Of a stretch of DNA of 64,000 bases, positions 11,256 to 19,801 are shown piece after piece. The stretch comes from Lentisphaeria bacterium (lineage in GTDB: Bacteria; Verrucomicrobiota; Lentisphaeria; JABSQK01; JAWLHB01), in assembly GCA_041690595.1 (NCBI GenBank), contig JAWLHB010000003.1, forward strand, positions 1 to 64,000, written 5' to 3'. The notes under the pieces are model-generated. The model saw only the letters and a program-made list of their open reading frames with translations. It was not told the DNA's origin and did no database searches. How positions within the stretch are numbered: the first letter of the stretch is position 1; every line of letters starts with the position of its first letter. The translations under genes were made by a program, and so were the position numbers.

Positions 11256-11985
11256 CGGCACGCCTCCAGCCATATAACGAATACAAGAACTCCAACCTGC
11301 CATGGATTGGGAAGATTCCAGCACACTGGGAGAAATGCAGGATCAAGGCGGTTTTGCGCGAGATCGACAGACGCACATGCGACGGGCATGAGCCGTTGCG
11401 GTCGTTGCGGACGTGGCCTGGTGCCACACAATGACGGGTCAGACAAGATTATTGCTCCAGAACACCTATTAGGGTACAAGCTAACTCAGCCAGGCGAGCT
11501 GGTCGTCAACCGCATGCGGGCGGCAAAAGGGCTTATCGCGGTGACGAAGCAAACTGGTCTTGTCAGTCCGGACCATGCAATCTTCACCCCCGCCAAACGG
11601 GTAAACATAGACTACATGGTTCGCCTATTTCAGACACCAGCAGTTGCAGGAAAATTCCGAGTTGAATCTCGGGGGCTTGGCACGGGTTCTTCTGGCTTCT
11701 TGCGTCTGTACTCGGAAAGCATGGGTGCAATTCCTATCGCTCTTCCGCCGCTGGAAGAGCAGAACGCCATTGTCCGCTACCTTGCTGCGAAGGACAGTGA
11801 GATAAGCCGTTTCATCCGCAATCGGCGACGGCTTATCGAGGTGCTGAACGAGCAGAAGCAGGGGATCATCAACCAAGCGATCACGCGCGGACTCGATCCC
11901 AATGTCCCCCTCAAACACTCCGGCATCGACTGGCTGGGCTGCATTCCCGAGCACTGGGACATACGACCTTTGAAACACTGGGGCA
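11252..11985 (+). pseudogene. hsdS: type I restriction-modification specificity subunit, frameshifted and truncated
   Basis: YKNSNLPWIGKIPAHW start; frameshift near 11410; PPLEEQNAIVRYL and LNEQKQGIINQAITRGLDPNVPLKHSGIDWLGCIPEHW. The second TRD is absent. Confidence 0.85.
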
Positions 11986-11991
11986 AGATTC

Positions 11992-12323
11992 CATTCCGCC
12001 CAGTACGAGGCCCTCAAGGCGGTCAACACCGAGTTGGTCGGGCTCTACTGGGACATAGGACGGATGATCGTTGAGCGGCAGGATGTTGCGGGCTGGGGCA
12101 AGGCGGTGGTGGAACAGCTCGCCGCCGACCTGCGGTCGGAGTTCCCCGTTGTGGTTGGTTTTTCCGCTTCCAACCTATGGCGGATGAAGGCCTTTTTCGA
12201 GGCGTACACCGGGCTGGAAAAACTCGCACCGTTAGTGCGAGAAATCGGCTGGAGCCACAACCTGGCCATCATGGAGCGCTGCCGTCGCCGAAGGACATCG
12301 CCCATCTGATGGAGGATATCTGA
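11992..12323 (+). pseudogene. YhcG/DUF1016 family nuclease remnant with internal deletion
   Basis: AQYEALKAVNTELVGLYWDIG...WGKAVVEQLAADL...GFSASNLWRM...IGWSHN, then a jump into another frame reading LPSPKDIAHLMEDI*. Confidence 0.8.
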
Positions 12324-12400
12324 CGACTGACACATCCGAGAAGGGCCGGGCATTGGAGAAAGCAGTCATCGGCATGCTGTCCGATCACACCGAGCTTTGG
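12320..12400 (+). pseudogene. possible HsdR remnant (N-terminal TTDTSEKG joined to C-terminal RALEKAVIGMLSDHTEL)
   Basis: In-frame peptide resembling both ends of type I HsdR proteins (from memory), at the expected position after hsdS and yhcG. Confidence 0.5.
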
Positions 12401-12560
12401 CGATACAGTTGGCCAGATCATCGGGGTTGGAGCTGCCGTCAGGCGCTTCTCGACGTTACTGGGGAATTCGTTCGCGAAAACCGATCCTGTGCGTACAGAT
12501 GGTGTGCCGGATGGTGGCGCTGCCGCACATCCTCACACTTACTTTTTCATGAAGATACCC

Positions 12561-12595
12561 TTGAAACAATACAACCCGTGAGTTATCTTAGATAA
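12561..12595 (+). promoter_or_regulatory. putative promoter and palindromic operator for the replication gene
   Basis: TTGAAA-17 bp-TATCTT, overlapped by the inverted repeat TTATCT-T-AGATAA (12583-12595). GGAGG RBS before the ATG at 12629. Confidence 0.5.
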
Positions 12596-12940
12596 GATTA
12601 AAACTTGAGCGACAGGGGGAGGTTCGGAATGGCGACGGGATGGGTGAAGATGCAGCGTGCGGTGATGAACAGTCCGCTGATGAAGGACGGCGATCTGATG
12701 CGGCTGGCGGTGTATGGCTGGATACGGGCGGTGAGTGATCCACAAGTGACCACCGTCAGTGGCCGGACGCCGATTCGGCTGGAGCCGGGCCAGTGGCTCT
12801 TTGGCGACGAGGTGGCGGAGCTGCTGGGCATGACCCCATCGACCTGCCGCGACGTACTGCAGCGGCTGGCCGACCTGAAGCTCGCCTCGCTGGAGGCGAA
12901 TTCCCGCTACACCATCGTCACCATGCACGAGTGGTCGGAT

Positions 12941-13063
12941 GAACAGGCTGTGGACCAGCCGTGGACAAGCTGTGAACAGGCTGTGAACCAGCCGCGGACA
13001 AGCTGTGAACCAGCTGTGGACACATATAAGAATAAAGAGAATAAGAAGACTAACGAGAATAAC
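12941..13063 (+). repeat. seven tandem 11-bp iteron-like repeats followed by an A-rich tract (ori-like)
   Basis: GAACAGGCTGT, GGACCAGCCGT, GGACAAGCTGT, GAACAGGCTGT, GAACCAGCCGC, GGACAAGCTGT, GAACCAGCTGT (12941-13017), then ATATAAGAATAAAGAGAATAAGAAG. Confidence 0.8.
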
Positions 13064-13125
13064 CAGACTGCTTCTTGTCCGTCGGCAAGCGACGGCCTGC
13101 CCAAGAAGGAGGGGCAGGAGGAAAA

Positions 13126-13154
13126 CGTCACCACCCAGCTGATCGACCAGCTTC
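13126..13154 (+). repeat. right copy of 29-bp direct repeat (att-like)
   Basis: CGTCACCACCCAGCTGATCGACCAGCTTC, one mismatch to 10060-10088. Confidence 0.8.
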
Positions 13155-13192
13155 CCGGAGAAGACCAGTGGGTGGTGATTGGGGAAGCTCCC

Positions 13193-16100
13193 TCAGTCCT
13201 GTTGGATCAGGGTGACGCTTCTGCATGCCGCGGGAACGGTAAGCGCCCAGCCGGTTGCCGTTTTCGTAAGCGTGAGGCCGTCGAGCGGCTCAGCCAGGGT
13301 CCAGTTCCCGGGAGCCGTCACCGTAAGGATGCCGCCGGGGAACGGCTGCGCCATCCCGAAAGCCGGCGGCTGGAGGCTGGCAGGCAACTCGACAGTCAAG
13401 GCATTGTCCCGCACGCGCAAGCTGGCGGGGATGTCCGCTGCCAGACCGATCTCGCGGTACCGCACCTCGCCACTCGCGCCGAGGGACAATACCAGCCCTT
13501 CCAACCGATCCTGCACCGAAGCGGCCGTGCCGGTAAAGCTCGCTCCTTCGCCCGCCGCGGTTGTCTCCGTGGCCGCGAGGAAGCTGTAGTCCGTGCCGAA
13601 GTCGCCCGTCACCTTGATGATCGTCCCCTCACCGAGGGTGCTGAAGAGCGGCGCCGGCGTGTTGCGCTTGCGCGGGAAGAAGGCCAGGAAGTAAACACCG
13701 TCGCCGGGCATCTGCAGGTGAAGCAGATCCTGGTATTCAGGTTGAACCAGTTTGTTGGCCCAGTCGATCATGTCGGTTCCCCAGCGCAGCGTGTGGCGGG
13801 GAGTGTCGGTAGGCGAGGCGATGTAATACTCCACATCGACGCCCAGTTGGCCAATGGCCGTGAAGCGATCGCCCTGCAACTGGCGGGCGGGGAGAATCTG
13901 CTCCCCTGGCTTGCTTGCCAGCACCGCATCGACATCCCGCACCTTCTCGGGCGTGTCGATCGTCTCGCTGACGTTCCACATCTGCCACATGGTCGGCTGA
14001 TTGCCGGAGATGCTGTCGCGGATCACCAGATAACTTGTCCTGGCCGGATCGTCATCCTTGAGGAAGAGCGTCTGGCGCCGCCAATCGACGGGGGGCTGGC
14101 CCTTTTCCGCTATCGTCGGCCAAGCGGGCAGGTCGGTTTTCCATTTGAGGTGATTCCGGCGGGGAAAGTGTCGGGCCACATCGACAGCGGCATAGTCCTG
14201 ACGGGGCAGCGCGGAGAAGCTGCTGACATTGGCGATGCCTCCGTGCTTGCCGAAGCTGGCCTTTTCGCCCTCGGGCCAGCCCCACGGATTGGCCTCGCTG
14301 CGCGTGCCATGATGGCCATACACGGCCTGGCGCTCCTCGAGCGTCCCCACTTCACGGGCCAGGTCGACCGTCGAGGTCAGGAAGCCTTCCTGAAACTCAT
14401 AACCGCCCGGGAAGGCCCCGGCTACCGGCACGCCATAGGCGAAGATGCTGGCGAAGCTCCCGGTATGCGGCGTGTAGAAGGCGGCAAAATGATCCCCGGA
14501 ATAGAGGATCACCTGATGCTCCTCGGCGGTTCCCAGTCCATGGCGCAGCATGGCGCCGTAGTACGGCAGCACTTCGGAGCGCCAAGCCGGCGTTCGTGCC
14601 GCCAGCCCGGAGTCGCAGGAGACATAGGCAAAGGCCCCAAGGTGGCGCAACTGCTCCTTCGCCCCCTCCTCGATCCACGCCCACTGCAGCTCCTCCGCCA
14701 GCTCGGGATCGCTCTGGCGAAGCAAGCGGGCCAGGACTCCGCAAGTGCCTCCGGGTCCCCCGATGGGGTCGCGTCCCATGGCGGGGAAGTAGCGCCGGTT
14801 GGGCGTCGCTTTCGCATGGCCGCGAGGGCGCGGGTCGCGCGGCGTCAGCATCTTCGCCCAGCTGAGGACCATGCGTTTCACCCGTGGATCGTTGACGTAA
14901 TCGCGCAGGCCGCTGTTGGAGGAAGCGACGGCGAAGGCGAGGACCATGTCGATGCTGGTCCGGCCGTGGCCCCCCATGGCTTCCGGCCATTCCCCGGCTG
15001 GTCCCACCATGTTGTTGAGGAAGTACTCCATGATGCGTTCGGCCTTGGCGTACCAGACCTTGGCCATCGGATGCTCCGGAATGACGCAGGCGGTGAGCCC
15101 GCGGGAGATCTCCCAGGTCACCGTCATGTTCTGGTTGCCTGAGGCGAAGCCGCGCTCCGCCGACCAGACGGCCGGATCGGCCAGGCGATAGCCATAGTAG
15201 GCCATACGCGAGCGCAATAGCTGGCGATCCGCCTCGGGCACCCATGGCTCGTCGATGACGCCGTCGTACAGAATGGGGGCGGGAGCACCGGCATGGCCGA
15301 ACTGCATGCCATAGAGTTCGTAATTGAGCGCCTTGCGCAGGCGAGCCAGCAGCATGGTCCTCTCGGCGATCTCCGCCGAGCCAGTCAGCAGATAGGCGCC
15401 CAGCGCCAGATCCGTAGCCCAGTTCGGCATGTAGGAGATCTGGTCGGCCGACTTCACACTGGTGTTCTTCAGCAGCTCTTCGAGGGTGGCGGCGTCGGGT
15501 TGTGGCCCTTTCCAGCGCGCCTCCAGTTCGTCACGGCGGATGAATAGGCGTGGATGCGTTCCCGCATCGCCCGGCCAATCGAGCACATAGCCCTTCACCT
15601 CATCCAAGCGGAGACCGACCGTGGGACGCGTCTCTGGCGGGAAGGTGCTCTCGGGCCTGTAGTTGTGCCACTGAATGAGCGCGGCCACACCCGGCATCGA
15701 CAGGCAATCGCTGATCGTCCACTTCCGCACCCCCTGCGCGCCATTCACCCGCAGCGCGATCTCGCCGTTGTCGCTCCGCATGATGGGCAGGAGCTTGGCG
15801 CCCCACCCCAGCCACATGCCTTTCATCGGATCGGGATTCAGGTTGGGGCTGAAGATCTCCTCGATCTCGCGCGGCTCCACCCAGGCGCCGGGATTCAGGG
15901 CGCGGACCTGCAGTTCCCGCTCCGTCCCCTCCATCTTCAGCCGGATGCGCGTCTGCGTGAAGGTGCCGAACCAGTCTTCCCATGGCGAGAGATTGGTGAC
16001 CAGGCCGGCGGGCTTGCCCTCTGGGGTCACGTAATCGGCGAGGGGAATCTCGGCCCAGTCGAGGCGGCTGTAGCTCACCGTCTCCCTGGCCGGATCGTTG

Positions 16101-16894
16101 AAGCACTCGCGATCTCGCCGCGCCTCGTCCTGTACCTGGAAGATCAACTGGGGCAGTCCCCGGCTGATGACCAGGTTGAAGCCGTCTTCGGGCTGGTTTC
16201 CCGCCACGGTCGTCTCGCAATGGATCGTATTGTCACCGGCAATGAGTCGCAGGTTCAGGTCGAGGGTGTTGCCATTCTCGTAGGTATAGCGAACGATGGT
16301 GCCGGCGAAGATCGGCCCGGACTCCGTCAGCCTGGCCGAGTAGCCGGTCACCTTTCCCGGGCCATACAGGGAACTTCCGCCGAACCAGGTGCCATCCGCC
16401 AGGCGCAGGCCGATCACCGGTCCCGGCACCTGATCCGAGGCTACCGGCTCCGGATAGCTCCGGTCGCCCAGCAGGAGGCGCGCCCCGAACTGGCTGGTGA
16501 CGATCTCCACCTGGTCGGCAGCCGGCGTCACACGCAGGTCGGTGGCGGGGGCGGTGACGGGCTGGTCGCTGTAGCGGACGGTGTAGGTATCGCCGGCCAA
16601 CGGGGCGAGATCGGTGATGAAGGAGAGGCGTCCCGACTTCACCCATTGCGTTCCGGGCCAATACTCGATCTCCGAGAGCTGGACGGGCATCGCCCCGCGT
16701 GGCCCGGTGAGGGTGATCGAGCTGGCGTCGCATTCTCCCTCCGGGGCATTGAACGCGTAGGTCAGCAGCTCCTGGCTCCACGATTCGCCAAGGTACTCCC
16801 GCAGGTCGATGGTGGCCTCACCCGCCCAGCCCTTCACTGGCGTCAGGGAGAGGAGTGTCACATTCAGGATGGCAAGCATGATCTTTGTCCGCAT
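13193..16894 (-). CDS. large secreted protein (~1233 aa), possible polysaccharide-lyase/heparinase-like architecture; paralog of 19802..23461
   Basis: Signal peptide MRTKIMLAIL...GWA; HPRLF, GNQNM, GEWPE, WRRQ motifs. Start placed at 16894, not 17386. Confidence 0.7.
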   Translation of the reverse strand: MRTKIMLAILNVTLLSLTPVKGWAGEATIDLREYLGESWSQELLTYAFNAPEGECDASSITLTGPRGAMPVQLSEIEYWPGTQWVKSGRLSFITDLAPLAGDTYTVRYSDQPVTAPATDLRVTPAADQVEIVTSQFGARLLLGDRSYPEPVASDQVPGPVIGLRLADGTWFGGSSLYGPGKVTGYSARLTESGPIFAGTIVRYTYENGNTLDLNLRLIAGDNTIHCETTVAGNQPEDGFNLVISRGLPQLIFQVQDEARRDRECFNDPARETVSYSRLDWAEIPLADYVTPEGKPAGLVTNLSPWEDWFGTFTQTRIRLKMEGTERELQVRALNPGAWVEPREIEEIFSPNLNPDPMKGMWLGWGAKLLPIMRSDNGEIALRVNGAQGVRKWTISDCLSMPGVAALIQWHNYRPESTFPPETRPTVGLRLDEVKGYVLDWPGDAGTHPRLFIRRDELEARWKGPQPDAATLEELLKNTSVKSADQISYMPNWATDLALGAYLLTGSAEIAERTMLLARLRKALNYELYGMQFGHAGAPAPILYDGVIDEPWVPEADRQLLRSRMAYYGYRLADPAVWSAERGFASGNQNMTVTWEISRGLTACVIPEHPMAKVWYAKAERIMEYFLNNMVGPAGEWPEAMGGHGRTSIDMVLAFAVASSNSGLRDYVNDPRVKRMVLSWAKMLTPRDPRPRGHAKATPNRRYFPAMGRDPIGGPGGTCGVLARLLRQSDPELAEELQWAWIEEGAKEQLRHLGAFAYVSCDSGLAARTPAWRSEVLPYYGAMLRHGLGTAEEHQVILYSGDHFAAFYTPHTGSFASIFAYGVPVAGAFPGGYEFQEGFLTSTVDLAREVGTLEERQAVYGHHGTRSEANPWGWPEGEKASFGKHGGIANVSSFSALPRQDYAAVDVARHFPRRNHLKWKTDLPAWPTIAEKGQPPVDWRRQTLFLKDDDPARTSYLVIRDSISGNQPTMWQMWNVSETIDTPEKVRDVDAVLASKPGEQILPARQLQGDRFTAIGQLGVDVEYYIASPTDTPRHTLRWGTDMIDWANKLVQPEYQDLLHLQMPGDGVYFLAFFPRKRNTPAPLFSTLGEGTIIKVTGDFGTDYSFLAATETTAAGEGASFTGTAASVQDRLEGLVLSLGASGEVRYREIGLAADIPASLRVRDNALTVELPASLQPPAFGMAQPFPGGILTVTAPGNWTLAEPLDGLTLTKTATGWALTVPAACRSVTLIQQD

Positions 16895-16947
16895 TGGTAA
16901 GTTCCTTTGGTTTTTGGCAGGATTCGATTCGAAAGATGAGGGTGCCG

Positions 16948-19776
16948 CTACAGGCCCGCGGTATCGCGCGGCCAGCCATTGAGGAAGCGTTCCGACACTT
17001 CCGCCGGTGTCAACGATTTCGTGTAGAGGCGGAATGGCCCCATGCCGCCCTGGAATCCGGCGGTGGCACCATCCTGCATGAAAAAGGTGAACCAGTTGCG
17101 ATTCAGCCAGAAACCGGCGCCGTTCGGATCGTACGGCACCTCTTCGGCAGCCTCGCCATTCAGGTAAAGGATGACCTTGCCGTCGCCGTGGGTCACGGCC
17201 ACGTGCGTCCACTTCCCATAGACCACCGGCTTCGAGATCCGTATCTTTTCGCCACAGAAGATATCCCACTGGTAATAGAGGGATGCGGTCGTCGGGTTCA
17301 CATGCAAACGACAAACCGGGTTCCAGCGGGAATTGAAGATGTGCATCCAGGTAGCCGTGGCAGGTGCTTCCGGCCGCATCCACCACTCCATCGTGAAGGC
17401 TTTCAACGGGAAGATGGGGTTATAACCTTCATGGGGAAAGCCCCACTCCTTCATCATCTCGTCCGTAACCGATGGCGGACGCGGCCCTCCCTGCAACGCC
17501 GTTTTCAGTTCCATACGGCCGCTCCCGTTGCCGTCGAGCCAGAGGAAGTGCCGGTCGTCCTCATCCTTCCAGGTCACCTGCTTCAGGATCAGCGAGTGCC
17601 CGTTGCGGCTCTCGTCATACAGCGCATTTCCCGTTCCGTTCGTCGGCAGGTCGAAGAGCAGCTCGGTACTGGGCACCATGTCCGTGGGGACAGGGAAGAG
17701 CGTGACCTCGGGTTCTTCATCCTCGAGCAAGCCGCGCACGGTGATCCCGTCCAGCCACACCTGCCCGGTACCGTCCATCTCGAAGGTCAGGTGTGAACAG
17801 TCCGCGGTCGTGAGGACGGTCGTGACAAAGGCGAATCGCGTCCACTCCTGGTCACCCAGGCCACCGATATAATGCAGCTCTTCCGGCGTTGGACCGTAGG
17901 CATATTTCACCCGAAGCTCCAGTCCCCGGCCCCGCAGCCCCTGGCTCTTGTACCAGCCCGTGATCAGCCAGCGCCTGGTGAAGGTTTCCACGGCGTAATG
18001 GAAGAACTGATTGAAGCCTGAACCCCACTTGGTGTCCAGCCCGAGCGTGCCTGGCCCGGTCATGCGGAGCGTGGTGCGACCGTCATGCTTTACCGTGTCA
18101 TCCAGGGCAAAGGCCGCATTGCCCTGCCAGACCATGGTGGAGGAGGGATCCTGAAGCGTGGTGGTGGTGAAGGGGCCGCCGGCTGGGTCAAAGACGATAT
18201 ATGTCGTGGTGTCTTTGGCCGCCGACTCCAGCAGCGTCGTCTTCTCGAAGCGCTTCTTCGCGTTCTCCGGCGACCACCCCGTCAGCACCAGTCGGTACTG
18301 AAGCTCCTCACCCTTCGCCATTTTCCTGATCGGCCCGCTGGCGGTGGTGTGGAAGTCGTACCCCCACAGGCACATGCCCACCTGCGCACGCCAATCAGCC
18401 GGCTTCTCCATGCCATAACTGATCTCGAAGGCCGGCGCCGCGCCCAGATCAGGATAAAGCAGATTGGTTCCACCTTCCCACGGCATTTCCTGGCCGATAT
18501 GGAGGAAATTGACCATCGGCATCCGGATCCAGTTGCGATCCGGTGCTTCCACCAGCCACCAGCGGTGCGCCGCCGGCTGCCAGCGGTGCAGAACCTCCGG
18601 TCCCGGATTGCGGTTGTTGAAGGTCAACGGATCGACCACTTCGATCTCCTTGAGATCCACCGGTGTATCCTGGTTGAACAGCACCTTCACGTCGTACTCG
18701 TAACGGTAGCTCTGCTGATCGGGATCCCAGCGTACGGTCAGCAGCTCGTGTGAGCTTTCACCGTATTCGGCCGACGTCACCGTGAATTCCGCGGAGGCGG
18801 TGTCGCCACTGCTTTTGACGGTGAAGGCTTCCGGGAGCGCCCCCATCAAGGTTGGCCAGTAGCGCCCAAGGCGCGGCCCTACAGCCGCCGTGTAGGCGGG
18901 TCGCCAGCCGGGACGAAGCTTCACCATCGGTTGGTAGAAGGTGCCGATCAAGGAGGGATCGGAATGGAAGATCTTCATGAAGAAGGTGATCGGCTCATGG
19001 CCATCCCATAGCACCACCATCTTGTCCTCGGCGCGAGCGCCCCATGGCGACCAGGAGGGGACCGTCTCGAAGTGGAAGTTCGGCTTGTGGTCCGGCATGG
19101 GTGCGGTCTCTGCCGGCACCGGTGTCACGGCGAAGTGCTCCACCTGCACGGTGCTCATGTAGGAGGCCAGGCCGACCTGGCCGGAGAGCGGCGGCAAGGT
19201 ACGATCCCAGTAGTCCATCACCATCTGGCCGTCCAAAGCTGCCTGCAGGTGTGCGCCGCGGGCGGTGATCTCCAGCGTGTGCGTCGTGGCGAGCTTCACC
19301 GGGCAGGGCACCACCTGCAGAAAGCCACCGTTGGCATCCCACAGCGCCAATTGGCCGCGAGCCGCTGAAAGCTGGACCCGGTAGAAATTCAAACCATCCG
19401 CATAGCGCAGAACCGTGCCGAAATCCCAGCCGCCGATATTCTCGCCGTACCAGAAGCGAAAGCGGGCACTGCCGCCAGGAAGCGCCAACGGCCGGTTCTG
19501 CCCATTGACGATCTGGAAGCGGACGGTCACGTTCTGGTTCGCGCCTTGTTCCCCTGGGGCAAGAATGGTGCTCCAGAAGCCCTTCTGGCCCTGTCCGACC
19601 AGCATCCCGGCGTTCTCTTCCCATGTCCCGAACGGGGGCTTGATGTCCATGGATCCTTCCAGGGTGAAAGCCTCCGCCCATTGGTCCAGCGGTGTCGCGC
19701 ACCACGGTTCGGCGATTGCCGGTAGCGCCATCGTAAGGGCGGCAAGCCCGATAATCAGCGAGAATAGCTTTTTCAT
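16948..19776 (-). CDS. secreted multidomain beta-sandwich protein with C-terminal LamG/concanavalin-like domain
   Basis: Signal peptide; N-terminal DUF1080-like jelly roll (THTLEITARG...GQVGL); C-terminal FTMEWWMRP...WTHVAVT...LYLNG...RLYTKSLTPAEV. Confidence 0.75.
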   Translation of the reverse strand: MKKLFSLIIGLAALTMALPAIAEPWCATPLDQWAEAFTLEGSMDIKPPFGTWEENAGMLVGQGQKGFWSTILAPGEQGANQNVTVRFQIVNGQNRPLALPGGSARFRFWYGENIGGWDFGTVLRYADGLNFYRVQLSAARGQLALWDANGGFLQVVPCPVKLATTHTLEITARGAHLQAALDGQMVMDYWDRTLPPLSGQVGLASYMSTVQVEHFAVTPVPAETAPMPDHKPNFHFETVPSWSPWGARAEDKMVVLWDGHEPITFFMKIFHSDPSLIGTFYQPMVKLRPGWRPAYTAAVGPRLGRYWPTLMGALPEAFTVKSSGDTASAEFTVTSAEYGESSHELLTVRWDPDQQSYRYEYDVKVLFNQDTPVDLKEIEVVDPLTFNNRNPGPEVLHRWQPAAHRWWLVEAPDRNWIRMPMVNFLHIGQEMPWEGGTNLLYPDLGAAPAFEISYGMEKPADWRAQVGMCLWGYDFHTTASGPIRKMAKGEELQYRLVLTGWSPENAKKRFEKTTLLESAAKDTTTYIVFDPAGGPFTTTTLQDPSSTMVWQGNAAFALDDTVKHDGRTTLRMTGPGTLGLDTKWGSGFNQFFHYAVETFTRRWLITGWYKSQGLRGRGLELRVKYAYGPTPEELHYIGGLGDQEWTRFAFVTTVLTTADCSHLTFEMDGTGQVWLDGITVRGLLEDEEPEVTLFPVPTDMVPSTELLFDLPTNGTGNALYDESRNGHSLILKQVTWKDEDDRHFLWLDGNGSGRMELKTALQGGPRPPSVTDEMMKEWGFPHEGYNPIFPLKAFTMEWWMRPEAPATATWMHIFNSRWNPVCRLHVNPTTASLYYQWDIFCGEKIRISKPVVYGKWTHVAVTHGDGKVILYLNGEAAEEVPYDPNGAGFWLNRNWFTFFMQDGATAGFQGGMGPFRLYTKSLTPAEVSERFLNGWPRDTAGL

Positions 19777-19801
19777 CCGACATCTCCTTGTTGGGTGTGT
19801 A

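Larger units (their letters stand above)
12629..13154 (+). pseudogene. truncated phage/plasmid-type replication initiator (GWVK... N-terminus, wHTH)
   Basis: MATGWVKMQR...LEPGQWLFG...LLGMTPSTCRDVLQRL...YTIVT pattern, internal iterons and an A-rich tract. Runs into the right att-like repeat and has no stop of its own. Confidence 0.65.

Noticed and set aside
12605..15142. 845-aa protein
   Set aside because: Only the first ~170 codons look real. The rest is an antisense shadow of the 13193..16894 gene.
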